This document shows positions 28,301 through 38,176 of a stretch of DNA of 64,000 nt, piece after piece (position 1 is the first letter of the stretch; each line of letters opens with the position of its first letter). Source of the DNA: a phage; sequence record PZ402305.1; one strand, given 5' to 3'. Under the pieces are notes generated by a model. That model saw nothing but the letters and a program-made list of their open reading frames with translations, ran no database searches and was not told where the DNA came from. The translations under genes were made by a program, and so were the position numbers.

Positions 28301-29362
28301 ATGGCGAAGCCAATATATTATCCTGACTGGGCTACACAAACTGTAACGCTCCCAGGAACTTTAAACACAAACAAAATTAGACCTAAAGAAACCATCCGCA
28401 CAGTTGGGATGGATTATGGTCAAATCATGACTTGCGAAGAAATGAACTGGATTCTTAATAATATCGGTTTATGGATTCGCTATTTGGTGGATGACTTTCT
28501 TCCAACTTTACCTGATACTTACTTGCCTTTAGTTGGAACTAAGATTACAATGGCAGGTGATGCTACTGGTGAGGCTACTTGGAATGGTAATAAAGAAGTT
28601 ACTTTATCTATCCAAGTTCAAGATAACAGTCATAATCACTTGTCGGCAAACATTACAGATGCCACTAGTTCAACAGTAACACCAAACGTGTTGGTAAAAC
28701 GTGATGCGGGTGGTGCTATTTATGGTGGTGATGTTTATGTTAACGGTACTTCCACAACAGATCCTGCGACACTGTTTTTCAAAAACTTTGCAGGACAAAC
28801 TAATGGTGAGATTTCTGCCGAATACCAAAGTGGAGGTCAGCTTTATATTTATCGTAGAAATCCTAGCACAGGTAGTGTATCAGCAGGTGTTCGTTTATAT
28901 GATGCAGGTTATGTTCTAATAGACAGTCCAAGATCAAACAGTGGACAAGATACTTCTAACGGAAACGCTTTAGTTCGCTTAGATTATCTGAATTCTCGTT
29001 TGACTTCTCTTCAGAACACATTGCAGACGAATATTAACACTGTTCAAAACAACCTGAATAGTGTTAACAGCAACCTCTCTTCCCGTATAAACAATGTAGA
29101 AAGTAATCATCAAAGTCAGATTACAAACAACTACAATTATGCTAACGGAACCTTTGTAAGAGATATTCGTTACACTAGCCAAGGTGTGTATTATCCACCA
29201 GGGAACGAAGTTTCTTGGACTTATATCTGTTCTTCTGGTTATGTTCTTTCTGGTATTATTGTCCAGGAAACAGGGCGTAGTTCTGCGGATAACATCGGTG
29301 GGGTTTATTTCAAACGCCTCCAGCGCAACGTTAACGGAAACTGGTACGATATCGGAGGCTAA
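28301..29362 (+). CDS. Tail fiber protein
   Basis: 353-aa ORF, Asn/Ser/Thr/Gly-rich with short repeats (NTLQTNINTVQNNLNSVNSNLSSRINNV), followed by a tail-fiber-assembly-like gene. Confidence 0.5.
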   Translation: MAKPIYYPDWATQTVTLPGTLNTNKIRPKETIRTVGMDYGQIMTCEEMNWILNNIGLWIRYLVDDFLPTLPDTYLPLVGTKITMAGDATGEATWNGNKEVTLSIQVQDNSHNHLSANITDATSSTVTPNVLVKRDAGGAIYGGDVYVNGTSTTDPATLFFKNFAGQTNGEISAEYQSGGQLYIYRRNPSTGSVSAGVRLYDAGYVLIDSPRSNSGQDTSNGNALVRLDYLNSRLTSLQNTLQTNINTVQNNLNSVNSNLSSRINNVESNHQSQITNNYNYANGTFVRDIRYTSQGVYYPPGNEVSWTYICSSGYVLSGIIVQETGRSSADNIGGVYFKRLQRNVNGNWYDIGG

Positions 29363-29908
29363 ATGATATTTACAAATTTTAAAAGATATACTCCCGAAGA
29401 TCCCGAACTAAAAGAATTGGTAGAAGTAGAGAACATTCTTTTTCTTCGTTGCGATCAAGGTTACGATTGGTATGATTTACGTAGCACAGAATTCAATAAC
29501 GATAAAATGAAAGTCGTTTTTGACGATCAAAATCGTATTGTGTTTTGGAACACTGATCCTACATTACTTTGCCCTGAAGATCTTTCTATAGCACAAGTGG
29601 ACTTTAATATAGACACTTTTGAGGATATTAGAAACAAGGTTCTGGATTTAGAAACTTTGACTCTTAAGGATAAAGAGTATTCCCGTGAAGAGTTGATGAC
29701 ACAAGCTAGTGCAAAAATTCGCTCTTTACAAGAAACAGCGGTAGCACTTATAACACCTTTACAGTATGCTAAAGATTTAGAAATGGCTACTGAAGATGAA
29801 TTAGCTTATCTTAAAAATCTTCAAGTTTATGTGGTTAAACTAAACCGTGTTCCGCTTCAAAAAGACTATCCTTACACTATAGATTGGCCTACATTACCAA
29901 CGGAATAA
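29363..29908 (+). CDS. Tail fiber assembly protein (Tfa-like chaperone, putative)
   Basis: 181-aa ORF immediately downstream of a tail fiber gene; start overlaps fiber stop (TAAATG). Confidence 0.45.
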   Translation: MIFTNFKRYTPEDPELKELVEVENILFLRCDQGYDWYDLRSTEFNNDKMKVVFDDQNRIVFWNTDPTLLCPEDLSIAQVDFNIDTFEDIRNKVLDLETLTLKDKEYSREELMTQASAKIRSLQETAVALITPLQYAKDLEMATEDELAYLKNLQVYVVKLNRVPLQKDYPYTIDWPTLPTE

Positions 29909-29917
29909 GGGATCATT

Positions 29918-30253
29918 ATGGAATTTCAAGAAGCATGGGGACTTGCAAAGGATGCAATCATCCCTTTAATCGGAGTCATCTGGTTCTTTTTCAAACAAAA
30001 AATGGATAAATTCGGCTCTGATCTTGAGGAAATGGAGGAGAAAAGTCGAGAGCTAGAGAAGAAGTTGGTCTTTGTTGAATCAACCTATGCAACTAAAGCC
30101 GAACTTACCCAGATGCTAAATCAAATTAACTCTACATTAATGGCAAATAATAACACTCTTGAGCAAAAAATTGAAAAGATTATGGACCTCAAGAATGCGA
30201 CTATTCAAATGATGCTAGATGACATAGTTAAACGTACACAGAATAAGGGGTAA
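29918..30253 (+). CDS. Small protein with N-terminal TM helix and coiled-coil tail
   Basis: 111-aa ORF; hydrophobic segment IIPLIGVIWFFF then heptad-like charged region. Confidence 0.5.
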   Translation: MEFQEAWGLAKDAIIPLIGVIWFFFKQKMDKFGSDLEEMEEKSRELEKKLVFVESTYATKAELTQMLNQINSTLMANNNTLEQKIEKIMDLKNATIQMMLDDIVKRTQNKG

Positions 30254-30256
30254 TTA

Positions 30257-33200
30257 ATGGCAACATTCCCAACGTATCCAGCAACGTCTCTTGAACAGGG
30301 CGTAGATCTGGTTATTTTCTCGTCCAATCAACTTCATGATGTTATTAATGGAAGTGCGACAGAAAGTATTGAGACAGAATCAGGGTTGATACCAACCCTG
30401 AGAAAAGCCCTTGTTGATAACTTTTTCTTTAAAAGCCCATTGGATTGGGCGCAAGGCACAAATGAAACGGTTTTTAACCAACTACGTTATTTTCAGAATG
30501 GGGTATTGAGCGGTTATTATTATGCTCCTAATGCTACATTGGTAAACCCAATCCCTATGCAAGGTACTCCAGTAGGAGATAACAACTGGGTATTGTGGGG
30601 ATTGAAGACAGAACAATTGGCAACAGAAGTCACACCTTGGGTATATTCTGGTGCAACTGGTTATGAAACAGTAATCAGTCCTCCTTACATCTTTGATAGT
30701 GCTATTGTTACGATCAATGGTGTTATTCAGGTTCTGGGGGAAGCTTTCCGTATAGAAGATAGTAAGATCATCTTATCTGAACCTTTGGGACACGATCCTG
30801 CAACAGGACTGCCAAACAAGCTTTTTGCTTATATTGGTAAAATCGTAGCTTCAGCAGATACAGATCCTAATCTAGAGAACCGTCTTGTTAGTTTAGAAAC
30901 AAAAACGGAAGAACTAACAGAAAGCATGGATAAAGTCCCTCTGCAAACTATTGCTCGTAAGTATGGTTTGTTAGATGATGAGGTGGCTTACGCAACAGCA
31001 GGTCAATCGTTAACAGGGATTAAAGCTCTGTATGATCCGGTAGCACAGTCTTCCTACACATTACCTCCTAACATCACAGGAACTTTAACATCCTTATCTG
31101 TTTCTGGAGTAATGACTTATTCTGGAGGATCTGTAGACCTTTCTGCACTGGCTGTTGAGCGTGGACAGTTTGTTCATTTACCTACAAGCTTTGGTAATAA
31201 CGTAACTCTGACAGCTAAAAATCAGACGATTGGACGTGGTGCTGGTCGTTATCGTTGGGCTGGAAGTTTACCAAAAAGTATTTTGGCCTCTGATACATTG
31301 GAGACAAGCGGAGGATTAGGTCCAAATGCATGGGTTCTGACTAATACAGAAGGACTGTTAACCCCTCGTGGTGGAACATACAACGATCTATTCGATGTTG
31401 TCTACTTGTCAGAATTTGCTAACAATACAACTACCTATACCACACCAGAAGCAGCTTTCCAGGCGGCACTGTTAGCAGCAAAAGCTTCGAAAAGCAAGAT
31501 TCTCGATGCTTACGGTTGCGATATGACTTTCACGACAAGCTCTTTTGATATTCAAGATATCACTTTGCGTGGTGGTGTGTTCCGTGGTCAACGTGACTAT
31601 CGTGTGCAGAATGCTACAGTAGAAGGCACAACTTTCCGTAACTCTCGTGTTATGTATTGGGGTGGTGCTGTGCGCATGTTCGATTGTTTGTGGGACGGTG
31701 CTCCTCGCCCAGGTCAAGTTGGTAGCTTGGTATTCCAAGGCAACCCAATATCAGGTACTTTTGAAATTGATAATTGTACTTTTAAAAACGGGTTGTATGG
31801 CATCCTTCAACAAGGGACAGGGGAACCAGTAACACGCGGTGTCTTCCGTAACCTTACCTTCATGGACATGCAAGGTGATGCAATAGAACTGAACGTCATC
31901 AATAAACATTATGACGATGGTTGTGTGATTGAGAATATTTACCTGTCTAATATCGATGGGACTAACGCTCCTATTCCTCTGTCCAACTGGGGTATCGGTA
32001 TCGGTGTAGCTGGTAAAGGACCATATGGTTACGGAATCCCTGATGATCAATATTGCAAGAATATTACAATTCGTAACGTTTTTGCAAAACGTTGTCGTCA
32101 GATTGTCCACGTAGAAGTTGGTCGTAATATCTCTATCGAAAACATTCATGGCGATCCAGACCAGACCGTATCTGTTGGGACAGGTTTGGCAACTGGCGCA
32201 GTTGTAATGTATGGAAGTAAAGATTTTACGATTGACGGTGTTTACGGAGAGCCTAAAACAGACGGTAGCACACTTGCAAGTAATATCCGTATGATTTATT
32301 TGGAGTGGGGAACTAACGCAGTTCTGGACGAAGAGGGTAATCCGGTAGTTCCGGCACAGGGTAGACCTTCAAACCCATGCTTTAACTATTCTGTTCGTAA
32401 CATTCACACCAAAACTGGGCGTGTTTTTGCGGGAGTTTCCGCTGGGCCAGGTTATGAAAACAGAGTTAGCTTTGAAAATATTCGTTGCGCTGCATTGCAG
32501 TTGTTCGGTATAGCTTCTTGGCTTTCAATGTCTAACATCACCTGTAATATCTTCGATTGTGTTGGTCAACCTGAATCTGGTCCAGGGACATTTTATGATG
32601 GATTCTTCCGTAGAGAAAAATCTGTTCTTGAAATGGTTAACGTAAACTGTTACCCAGATGGCAAGACGATGGTTACTGGTCGTCCACAGTGGAGCCGTTG
32701 CCGTTACTCGGATATTCATCGTGTCAACTGTAATGTTGAAGCTAATATGTATACCAATATCGCAGGTGGTATTGGAGCTATTGTAGGGACAACGGGCAAA
32801 GTTTATTACTTAGAGCCTAATCCTAGTCGAAACATTGATGGAATGCATTTCCCAACAGGGAAAGAGTTTGACAAAGGTGATATGATAGTCAAGGCGGATA
32901 ATACGTTCTTCCTTGTAACAACAAGTGGGGCATATATTCCAGATATCCCAGCTTTCGGTATTCGAGCTACACAGGCAGGAGATACCTTCCTGACACAGAA
33001 CTTGACTCCTAACGGGACAGCAACAAATGCTTCTTGGTTGTATCATTACCCTCTGTCAGCAGGGACACGTATTCGTATTCCTGGTGCTGGCGTAGGTGGA
33101 GCAGATTTGGACACAGTTATTACTCGTGCACCTTATCAAGATAATGATACGTGGACTAACCCAGTTAAAATAGACATTGCAGATCCAATTGTAACGCCTA

Positions 33201-33310
33201 CAAGTGCTGGAGTTAGAATTAAAACCATACCTAATGATTCCAGTAATGTTTCTGTAGGTAATACTGCGGTTATTCGCCCAACGCCAGTAGTAGATGTGCC
33301 AACAACCTAA
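30257..33310 (+). CDS. Tailspike/tail fiber with predicted right-handed beta-helix (depolymerase-like)
   Basis: 1017-aa ORF; central region with repeated N-x-x-I/V-x-N ladders (NITIRNVFAKRC..NISIENIHGD) typical of pectate-lyase-like beta-helices. Confidence 0.5.
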   Translation: MATFPTYPATSLEQGVDLVIFSSNQLHDVINGSATESIETESGLIPTLRKALVDNFFFKSPLDWAQGTNETVFNQLRYFQNGVLSGYYYAPNATLVNPIPMQGTPVGDNNWVLWGLKTEQLATEVTPWVYSGATGYETVISPPYIFDSAIVTINGVIQVLGEAFRIEDSKIILSEPLGHDPATGLPNKLFAYIGKIVASADTDPNLENRLVSLETKTEELTESMDKVPLQTIARKYGLLDDEVAYATAGQSLTGIKALYDPVAQSSYTLPPNITGTLTSLSVSGVMTYSGGSVDLSALAVERGQFVHLPTSFGNNVTLTAKNQTIGRGAGRYRWAGSLPKSILASDTLETSGGLGPNAWVLTNTEGLLTPRGGTYNDLFDVVYLSEFANNTTTYTTPEAAFQAALLAAKASKSKILDAYGCDMTFTTSSFDIQDITLRGGVFRGQRDYRVQNATVEGTTFRNSRVMYWGGAVRMFDCLWDGAPRPGQVGSLVFQGNPISGTFEIDNCTFKNGLYGILQQGTGEPVTRGVFRNLTFMDMQGDAIELNVINKHYDDGCVIENIYLSNIDGTNAPIPLSNWGIGIGVAGKGPYGYGIPDDQYCKNITIRNVFAKRCRQIVHVEVGRNISIENIHGDPDQTVSVGTGLATGAVVMYGSKDFTIDGVYGEPKTDGSTLASNIRMIYLEWGTNAVLDEEGNPVVPAQGRPSNPCFNYSVRNIHTKTGRVFAGVSAGPGYENRVSFENIRCAALQLFGIASWLSMSNITCNIFDCVGQPESGPGTFYDGFFRREKSVLEMVNVNCYPDGKTMVTGRPQWSRCRYSDIHRVNCNVEANMYTNIAGGIGAIVGTTGKVYYLEPNPSRNIDGMHFPTGKEFDKGDMIVKADNTFFLVTTSGAYIPDIPAFGIRATQAGDTFLTQNLTPNGTATNASWLYHYPLSAGTRIRIPGAGVGGADLDTVITRAPYQDNDTWTNPVKIDIADPIVTPTSAGVRIKTIPNDSSNVSVGNTAVIRPTPVVDVPTT

Positions 33311-33316
33311 TGGAAT

Positions 33317-33340
33317 AGAGGGGGAATCCCCCTCTTCTTC
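33317..33340 (+). terminator. Rho-independent terminator
   Basis: gagggggaatccccctc hairpin followed by ttcttcc. Confidence 0.6.
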
Positions 33341-33371
33341 CAATAGAATGGTCTAATGATAGGAGAGATAA

Positions 33372-35396
33372 ATGAATTTAACAAGACCTAATAGTGCGAT
33401 AGCCGATCTGGTAGAAGCTACTTATCGAAAACGTCGCAGCTTTGAGGCAGGTTTTACATTACGTAATTCCCGTGAAGTTTTGCTGTTAGCAGCAGAAGGG
33501 AATTATTACCAATGGAAAGGAACTTTTCCTAAAGTAGTTCCAGCAAACTCTACGCCAGCCACCACAGGTGGTATTTCTTCCCTTGCATGGCAAAGTGTTG
33601 GGACCGCTGATGATATAGCAATTATCAATGCCAAGTTTACGGCAATGCAGCAACAAATTGATGATCTGTCGGAAACAATACCTGAAGCTGGTAAATCGGC
33701 TTATCAGATCGCACTTGATAATGGTTTTGTTGGAACAGAAGCACAATGGCTTGCCTCTTTGAAAGGGGATACTGGTGCTCAACTCAATATTAAAGGATCA
33801 TTAGCAAGCACTAGTGAACTACCATCCACAGGTAACGTTGCAGGGGATGGTTATATCGTAGGCGATGTAATCTACGCTTGGGATGGTTCTGTTTGGAAAC
33901 TTATTTCTTCTCTTGGACCAGAAGGTAAATCAGCTTACGAGGTATGGTTGGCAGATGGTAATACAGGATCTGTTTATGATTTTCTTACCTCTATAAAAGG
34001 TGATAAAGGCGATGTTGGTCCTACAGGGCCACAGGGAGCACCTGGTGTTAACGCCAACGGTTTTGATTATCGTGGAGATTTGCCTTCTACAAGTAACTTA
34101 CCACAACCTAACTCTGAAAACGTAAGCCAAGCTTATTCTATCAGTGGTAATCTTTATGTCTCTAATGGGACAGCTTGGGTCAACATGGGTAATATTGTTG
34201 GTCCTCAAGGTCCACAAGGTGAGGCAGGTAAAGACGGTCTAGATGGAACAGATGGAGATGAAGGGAAATCTGCATATCAAAGTTGGCTGGATGCTGGTAA
34301 TGAAGGGACAGAAGTAGATTTTATTGCCTCGCTTAAAGGTCCAAAAGGAGACAAGGGTGATCAAGGAGAGCGAGGTCCACAAGGCGAATTAGGTCCACAA
34401 GGACCAGTAGGCGCAACAGGATCAGGCTTAGAGATTATCGGGGTTCTGAACAGCGAAGCTGAACTTCCTCCGACTGGAGAAGTAGGTGATGCATATAAAA
34501 TTAATAATGATTTGTATGTTTGGGTCCAAGATGCTACGGAATGGATGAATGTTGGCAGTCTCGGAGGAACATCAATTACAGCTAAAGGTCATGTTCCGAA
34601 CAGTGAAGCTCTCCCTGTTTACAATAACTATGGTGATGCTTACTTAACTGAAGACACTAGTAATCTTTACATCTATACCTACGATCAAGACACCAATTCC
34701 GCATCTTTTGTTGACATGGGAAGTATTAAAGGCGACAAAGGTGAAAAAGGGGATAAAGGAGATAAGGGTGATCCTGGAACAAACGGAACCAACGGTACTG
34801 ATGGGACCAACGGTAAGGACGGCGCACAGTGGTTTGTAGCAACAACTAATCCAGTCGCAGGAGACGGTGTTATCAATGATTACGCCTTCAATACTACCAC
34901 TGGAGCAGTGTTTAAGAAAACAGATTCTTCTACGTGGACACTTATAGGAACTCTTCCTAGTATACCAGAAGCCCCTCAAGACGGCTTGACGTATGGTCGT
35001 TCTGATGGAAACTGGATCGAAATATCAGGATCAGATCCTACGGAAGCTATAACACCAACTAGAGTTACAGCAGGTTTCATGGAACTTGAAACAACTACTG
35101 CCAACTCTGGAGCATCTTGGACTCCTTCTGGAACTTCCAATATGTATGTTGTTACAGTAACTGACGCTCTGACAGTTGGAGCATGGCCTGGTGTCACTGG
35201 CTCTACAAAACCTAAAGCGTTTTCAGCAATGATTTATTTGATTCAAGATACAACGGGACACACGGTTACACTAGATGCGTCTTATGGAGCACTAAATGAT
35301 ACAGAAATAGCAACTACTGCTAACGCAGTAACAATTTTGCAATTAACGTATCCTGGTGTGGGTGATATCGTGGACATGGTTGTTGTAACACGATAA
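33372..35396 (+). CDS. Tail fiber protein with collagen-like Gly-X-Y repeats
   Basis: 674-aa ORF with runs of GPQGPQGEAGKDGLDGTDG and GDKGEKGDKGDKGDPGTNGTNGTDGTNGKDG. Confidence 0.7.
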   Translation: MNLTRPNSAIADLVEATYRKRRSFEAGFTLRNSREVLLLAAEGNYYQWKGTFPKVVPANSTPATTGGISSLAWQSVGTADDIAIINAKFTAMQQQIDDLSETIPEAGKSAYQIALDNGFVGTEAQWLASLKGDTGAQLNIKGSLASTSELPSTGNVAGDGYIVGDVIYAWDGSVWKLISSLGPEGKSAYEVWLADGNTGSVYDFLTSIKGDKGDVGPTGPQGAPGVNANGFDYRGDLPSTSNLPQPNSENVSQAYSISGNLYVSNGTAWVNMGNIVGPQGPQGEAGKDGLDGTDGDEGKSAYQSWLDAGNEGTEVDFIASLKGPKGDKGDQGERGPQGELGPQGPVGATGSGLEIIGVLNSEAELPPTGEVGDAYKINNDLYVWVQDATEWMNVGSLGGTSITAKGHVPNSEALPVYNNYGDAYLTEDTSNLYIYTYDQDTNSASFVDMGSIKGDKGEKGDKGDKGDPGTNGTNGTDGTNGKDGAQWFVATTNPVAGDGVINDYAFNTTTGAVFKKTDSSTWTLIGTLPSIPEAPQDGLTYGRSDGNWIEISGSDPTEAITPTRVTAGFMELETTTANSGASWTPSGTSNMYVVTVTDALTVGAWPGVTGSTKPKAFSAMIYLIQDTTGHTVTLDASYGALNDTEIATTANAVTILQLTYPGVGDIVDMVVVTR

Positions 35397-35400
35397 CAGA

Positions 35401-35425
35401 AGCCCCGAAAGGGGCTTTCTTTTTA
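35401..35425 (+). terminator. Rho-independent terminator
   Basis: agcccc-gaaa-ggggct stem-loop followed by ttcttttt. Confidence 0.7.
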
Positions 35426-35437
35426 TGGAGGGTTTAA

Positions 35438-38113
35438 ATGTTTCCAATTCCAATATTTACTATTATGACCAGCACTGGTGTTGTTCCTCTGCCAGCAGGT
35501 ATTGTTAAAAAAGTAATCACTTTAGATTACCCAGATAATGCTGGTAATTCTAACAGCAGTTTAGCAATTTTGCTTAATGATGGTAGATTGTTTACTCAAG
35601 GCGCAAACCTTTTTGGTGAGATTGCAGATGGAACTCGTAGTGCACGATTCAATAATTTCCATTTAGCTTCTACTGTAGTAGCGGATGTGTTTACCGCAGA
35701 TCGTTGTTTTGTTATTAAAACTAACAGTGGGGGATGGCAATATTCAGGATTGACAGCAGGGTTGGTAGGATCTATAGCAGCAGGTGGTACGGACGCATGT
35801 GTAACTACTTGGACCAGCTTTCCATCTGTAATAACAGGGACTATCTCTTTAGCTAATCTTAAAGAGGTTAAGGGAGGATATAACAACACTCTCTGGTTAA
35901 TGAATAGTGGTGTTCTTTATGGATCAGGTCAAAACACAGTAGGCAGTTTAGGTGCAAGTACTACTAACGAAGTTTCTACTCCTCGTCAGATAACAAGTGC
36001 AGCAGTTGCTTTTGATGCAGGTTACAACCAATGCTCTTATGTCAACAATGTGGGAACCTTGCGTGTTTGTGGAGCTAGTAAAGGTTTAGCAGGTAATAAT
36101 AACACAACAACAGCTTTTGTCAATGCTAAGATATCCGCTACTGAAACAGTGTATGTCAAAGATTACATCAATACAGTTTCCCAGACAATAGTTGTAGGAG
36201 ATACCTCCGGTGGCACGGGTACAGTAAACTACTTATATGTTAGGTCTAATACAGAAACAACCTACACTAAACTGGATACCTTTGCAGCAGGTTTCTCAAC
36301 ATGGAAGTTTCCACCAAGCCGCCACTCTTTTTTCGTTGGGATCAATAATTCCTTGTGGGCTATTGGTAAGAACTACACTGCAAACTTAGGTTTGGGGTAT
36401 GATTCTGCGAGCGGAGATCCACTCCAAGTGGGAAAACCAGTTAAACCTGAAGGAGTGGGTTCTTGGGATATAAACAAGCTCACAAGCGTTCATACGCTGA
36501 ATATGGATGTTACTAACCAATTAGGTTATCAAGGAACCTTTTTCGTTTATAATGGAGATATGTATTATTCCGGTATTTGGAAAGATGGGAAAGCCTCGTA
36601 TCTGTTCAATAGCGGTCTAAACTATAATAAATTCACACCAATAGCAAGCTCCGTGATTACGGGTGATATTCTGGCAACTGGCTTAACTACAGATTCTTTA
36701 GGAATTTGTATTGTAGGTGGAACTAAACAGTTGACACATTCTGTTAGCCCAGAAGGAGGTAAACTTTTCAATATTAAATACACTTCTTCTGCCCCTGCAA
36801 ACATGACAATATCATCTACTGGTTTAATGACTTTCCATGCAGAAGGTGGTTTTGATGCAGGTATGACAGCCTTAAACGCCGAAGGAACAACTTTATCAGA
36901 TACCTCTGGAGGATATGCTTCAACATTGAGTGTTTACACCCCTAGCTTATCTGCGATGGATGTAGGAACAACACAAACAATGGTAGCAGAAATAACGCCA
37001 ACAGGAGCAGCAAGCTTACCTGGTATGGTTGTTGAGTATTTCTCTAATGACCCTACGGTAGCAACAGTTGACCCTGTTACAGGCGTTATTACAGCGGTTG
37101 CTGATGGAGGTTGTCGTATCGGTTGTAGAGCAACTTATCAAGGTGTGGTAACTGCCGAAGATAGTTCTTATCTCACAGTGAATGCTGTGGTGATTGTGAT
37201 GGATTATGATTTGACGCAAGAAACTATTCCGGCGGATGTAAAGGTCAACAGGAGTAACCGTTATGCCAGGGCTTCTGGAGATATCCTTGTACCTACAGAG
37301 AGTTCTGCTCCCGTAGCACCTTTAGAATATGTTGGTACAACTCCACAAGGTAGACGTGTTGTAGCAGCCAACCGTACACATATCTTTATCAACAATAACT
37401 TGACAACAGCTTCCCCGTGGTTGAAGACGAACTTGACAGTCACAGCATCAACAATCAACTCTCCGGTTGGAACTACGGCTAACACTTACAAGTTAACACC
37501 TTCTACAACTTCAGGACAACATATTTTATCAGCAGTGAATACAGCTTCTGATATTACAGCAGGTAAGCACTGGGCGGCATCCGTATTCTTGAAGCCAGAT
37601 GGGATCACTAAAGTGAAACTCAAATTGACTTCAGGAGATGAGATTAACGAAGGGACTTATGATCTTGTAGCTGGAACATTTACAGGTGCAGATGCAAACA
37701 TAATCGATATGGGGAATGGTTGGTATCGTGTAATTCTACACAAAGTGACAGTTGCCAAACAAGCATCTATAACCTATGAGATTATAGCTTTGAATGCAAG
37801 TGGATCAGACACTTTCGCAGGAGATGGTACGGCAGGTCTTATTGCTTGGGTTCCACAGCTTGAGATGGGTGATATGACAAATCCAGTTTGGGCGGGGACA
37901 CCATTTGTTTGTTCTTATGCACGAGACACTACCAGTGCTGTTACCTTCACTATTCCTAAGAATGGACATACTGGCGTGGACATTTACCACACTGATGGTA
38001 CTGTGCAACGAGAGGTCTTCACTGGTACAGCTACAACTTGGATGTTGACGTTCACCGCCGCAAGTGCGGATTGGGGATCGAAGTTCATTACAGGTTTGAA
38101 ATATTACGACTAA
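35438..38113 (+). CDS. Tail fiber / receptor-binding protein (putative)
   Basis: 891-aa Thr/Gly/Ser/Ala-rich ORF, last gene of plus-strand arm. Confidence 0.45.
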   Translation: MFPIPIFTIMTSTGVVPLPAGIVKKVITLDYPDNAGNSNSSLAILLNDGRLFTQGANLFGEIADGTRSARFNNFHLASTVVADVFTADRCFVIKTNSGGWQYSGLTAGLVGSIAAGGTDACVTTWTSFPSVITGTISLANLKEVKGGYNNTLWLMNSGVLYGSGQNTVGSLGASTTNEVSTPRQITSAAVAFDAGYNQCSYVNNVGTLRVCGASKGLAGNNNTTTAFVNAKISATETVYVKDYINTVSQTIVVGDTSGGTGTVNYLYVRSNTETTYTKLDTFAAGFSTWKFPPSRHSFFVGINNSLWAIGKNYTANLGLGYDSASGDPLQVGKPVKPEGVGSWDINKLTSVHTLNMDVTNQLGYQGTFFVYNGDMYYSGIWKDGKASYLFNSGLNYNKFTPIASSVITGDILATGLTTDSLGICIVGGTKQLTHSVSPEGGKLFNIKYTSSAPANMTISSTGLMTFHAEGGFDAGMTALNAEGTTLSDTSGGYASTLSVYTPSLSAMDVGTTQTMVAEITPTGAASLPGMVVEYFSNDPTVATVDPVTGVITAVADGGCRIGCRATYQGVVTAEDSSYLTVNAVVIVMDYDLTQETIPADVKVNRSNRYARASGDILVPTESSAPVAPLEYVGTTPQGRRVVAANRTHIFINNNLTTASPWLKTNLTVTASTINSPVGTTANTYKLTPSTTSGQHILSAVNTASDITAGKHWAASVFLKPDGITKVKLKLTSGDEINEGTYDLVAGTFTGADANIIDMGNGWYRVILHKVTVAKQASITYEIIALNASGSDTFAGDGTAGLIAWVPQLEMGDMTNPVWAGTPFVCSYARDTTSAVTFTIPKNGHTGVDIYHTDGTVQREVFTGTATTWMLTFTAASADWGSKFITGLKYYD

Positions 38114-38120
38114 TAAAAAA

Positions 38121-38149
38121 GGGAACCCGCAAAGGTTCCCTTTTCTTTT
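38121..38149. terminator. Bidirectional rho-independent terminator at the convergence of the two arms
   Basis: gggaacc-cgcaaa-ggttccc stem-loop flanked by an A-run (38114-38120) and T-run (38141-38149), between convergent stop codons at 38113 and 38177. Confidence 0.75.
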
Positions 38150-38176
38150 ATAAAAACTCTTTATAAATCAATAAGA

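Noticed and set aside
33780-34830. Repetitive DNA in the tail fiber gene as a possible non-coding repeat array or CRISPR-like element
   Set aside because: The periodicity is the 9-nt Gly-X-Y collagen-like coding repeat within an intact ORF; there are no spacer-repeat units.
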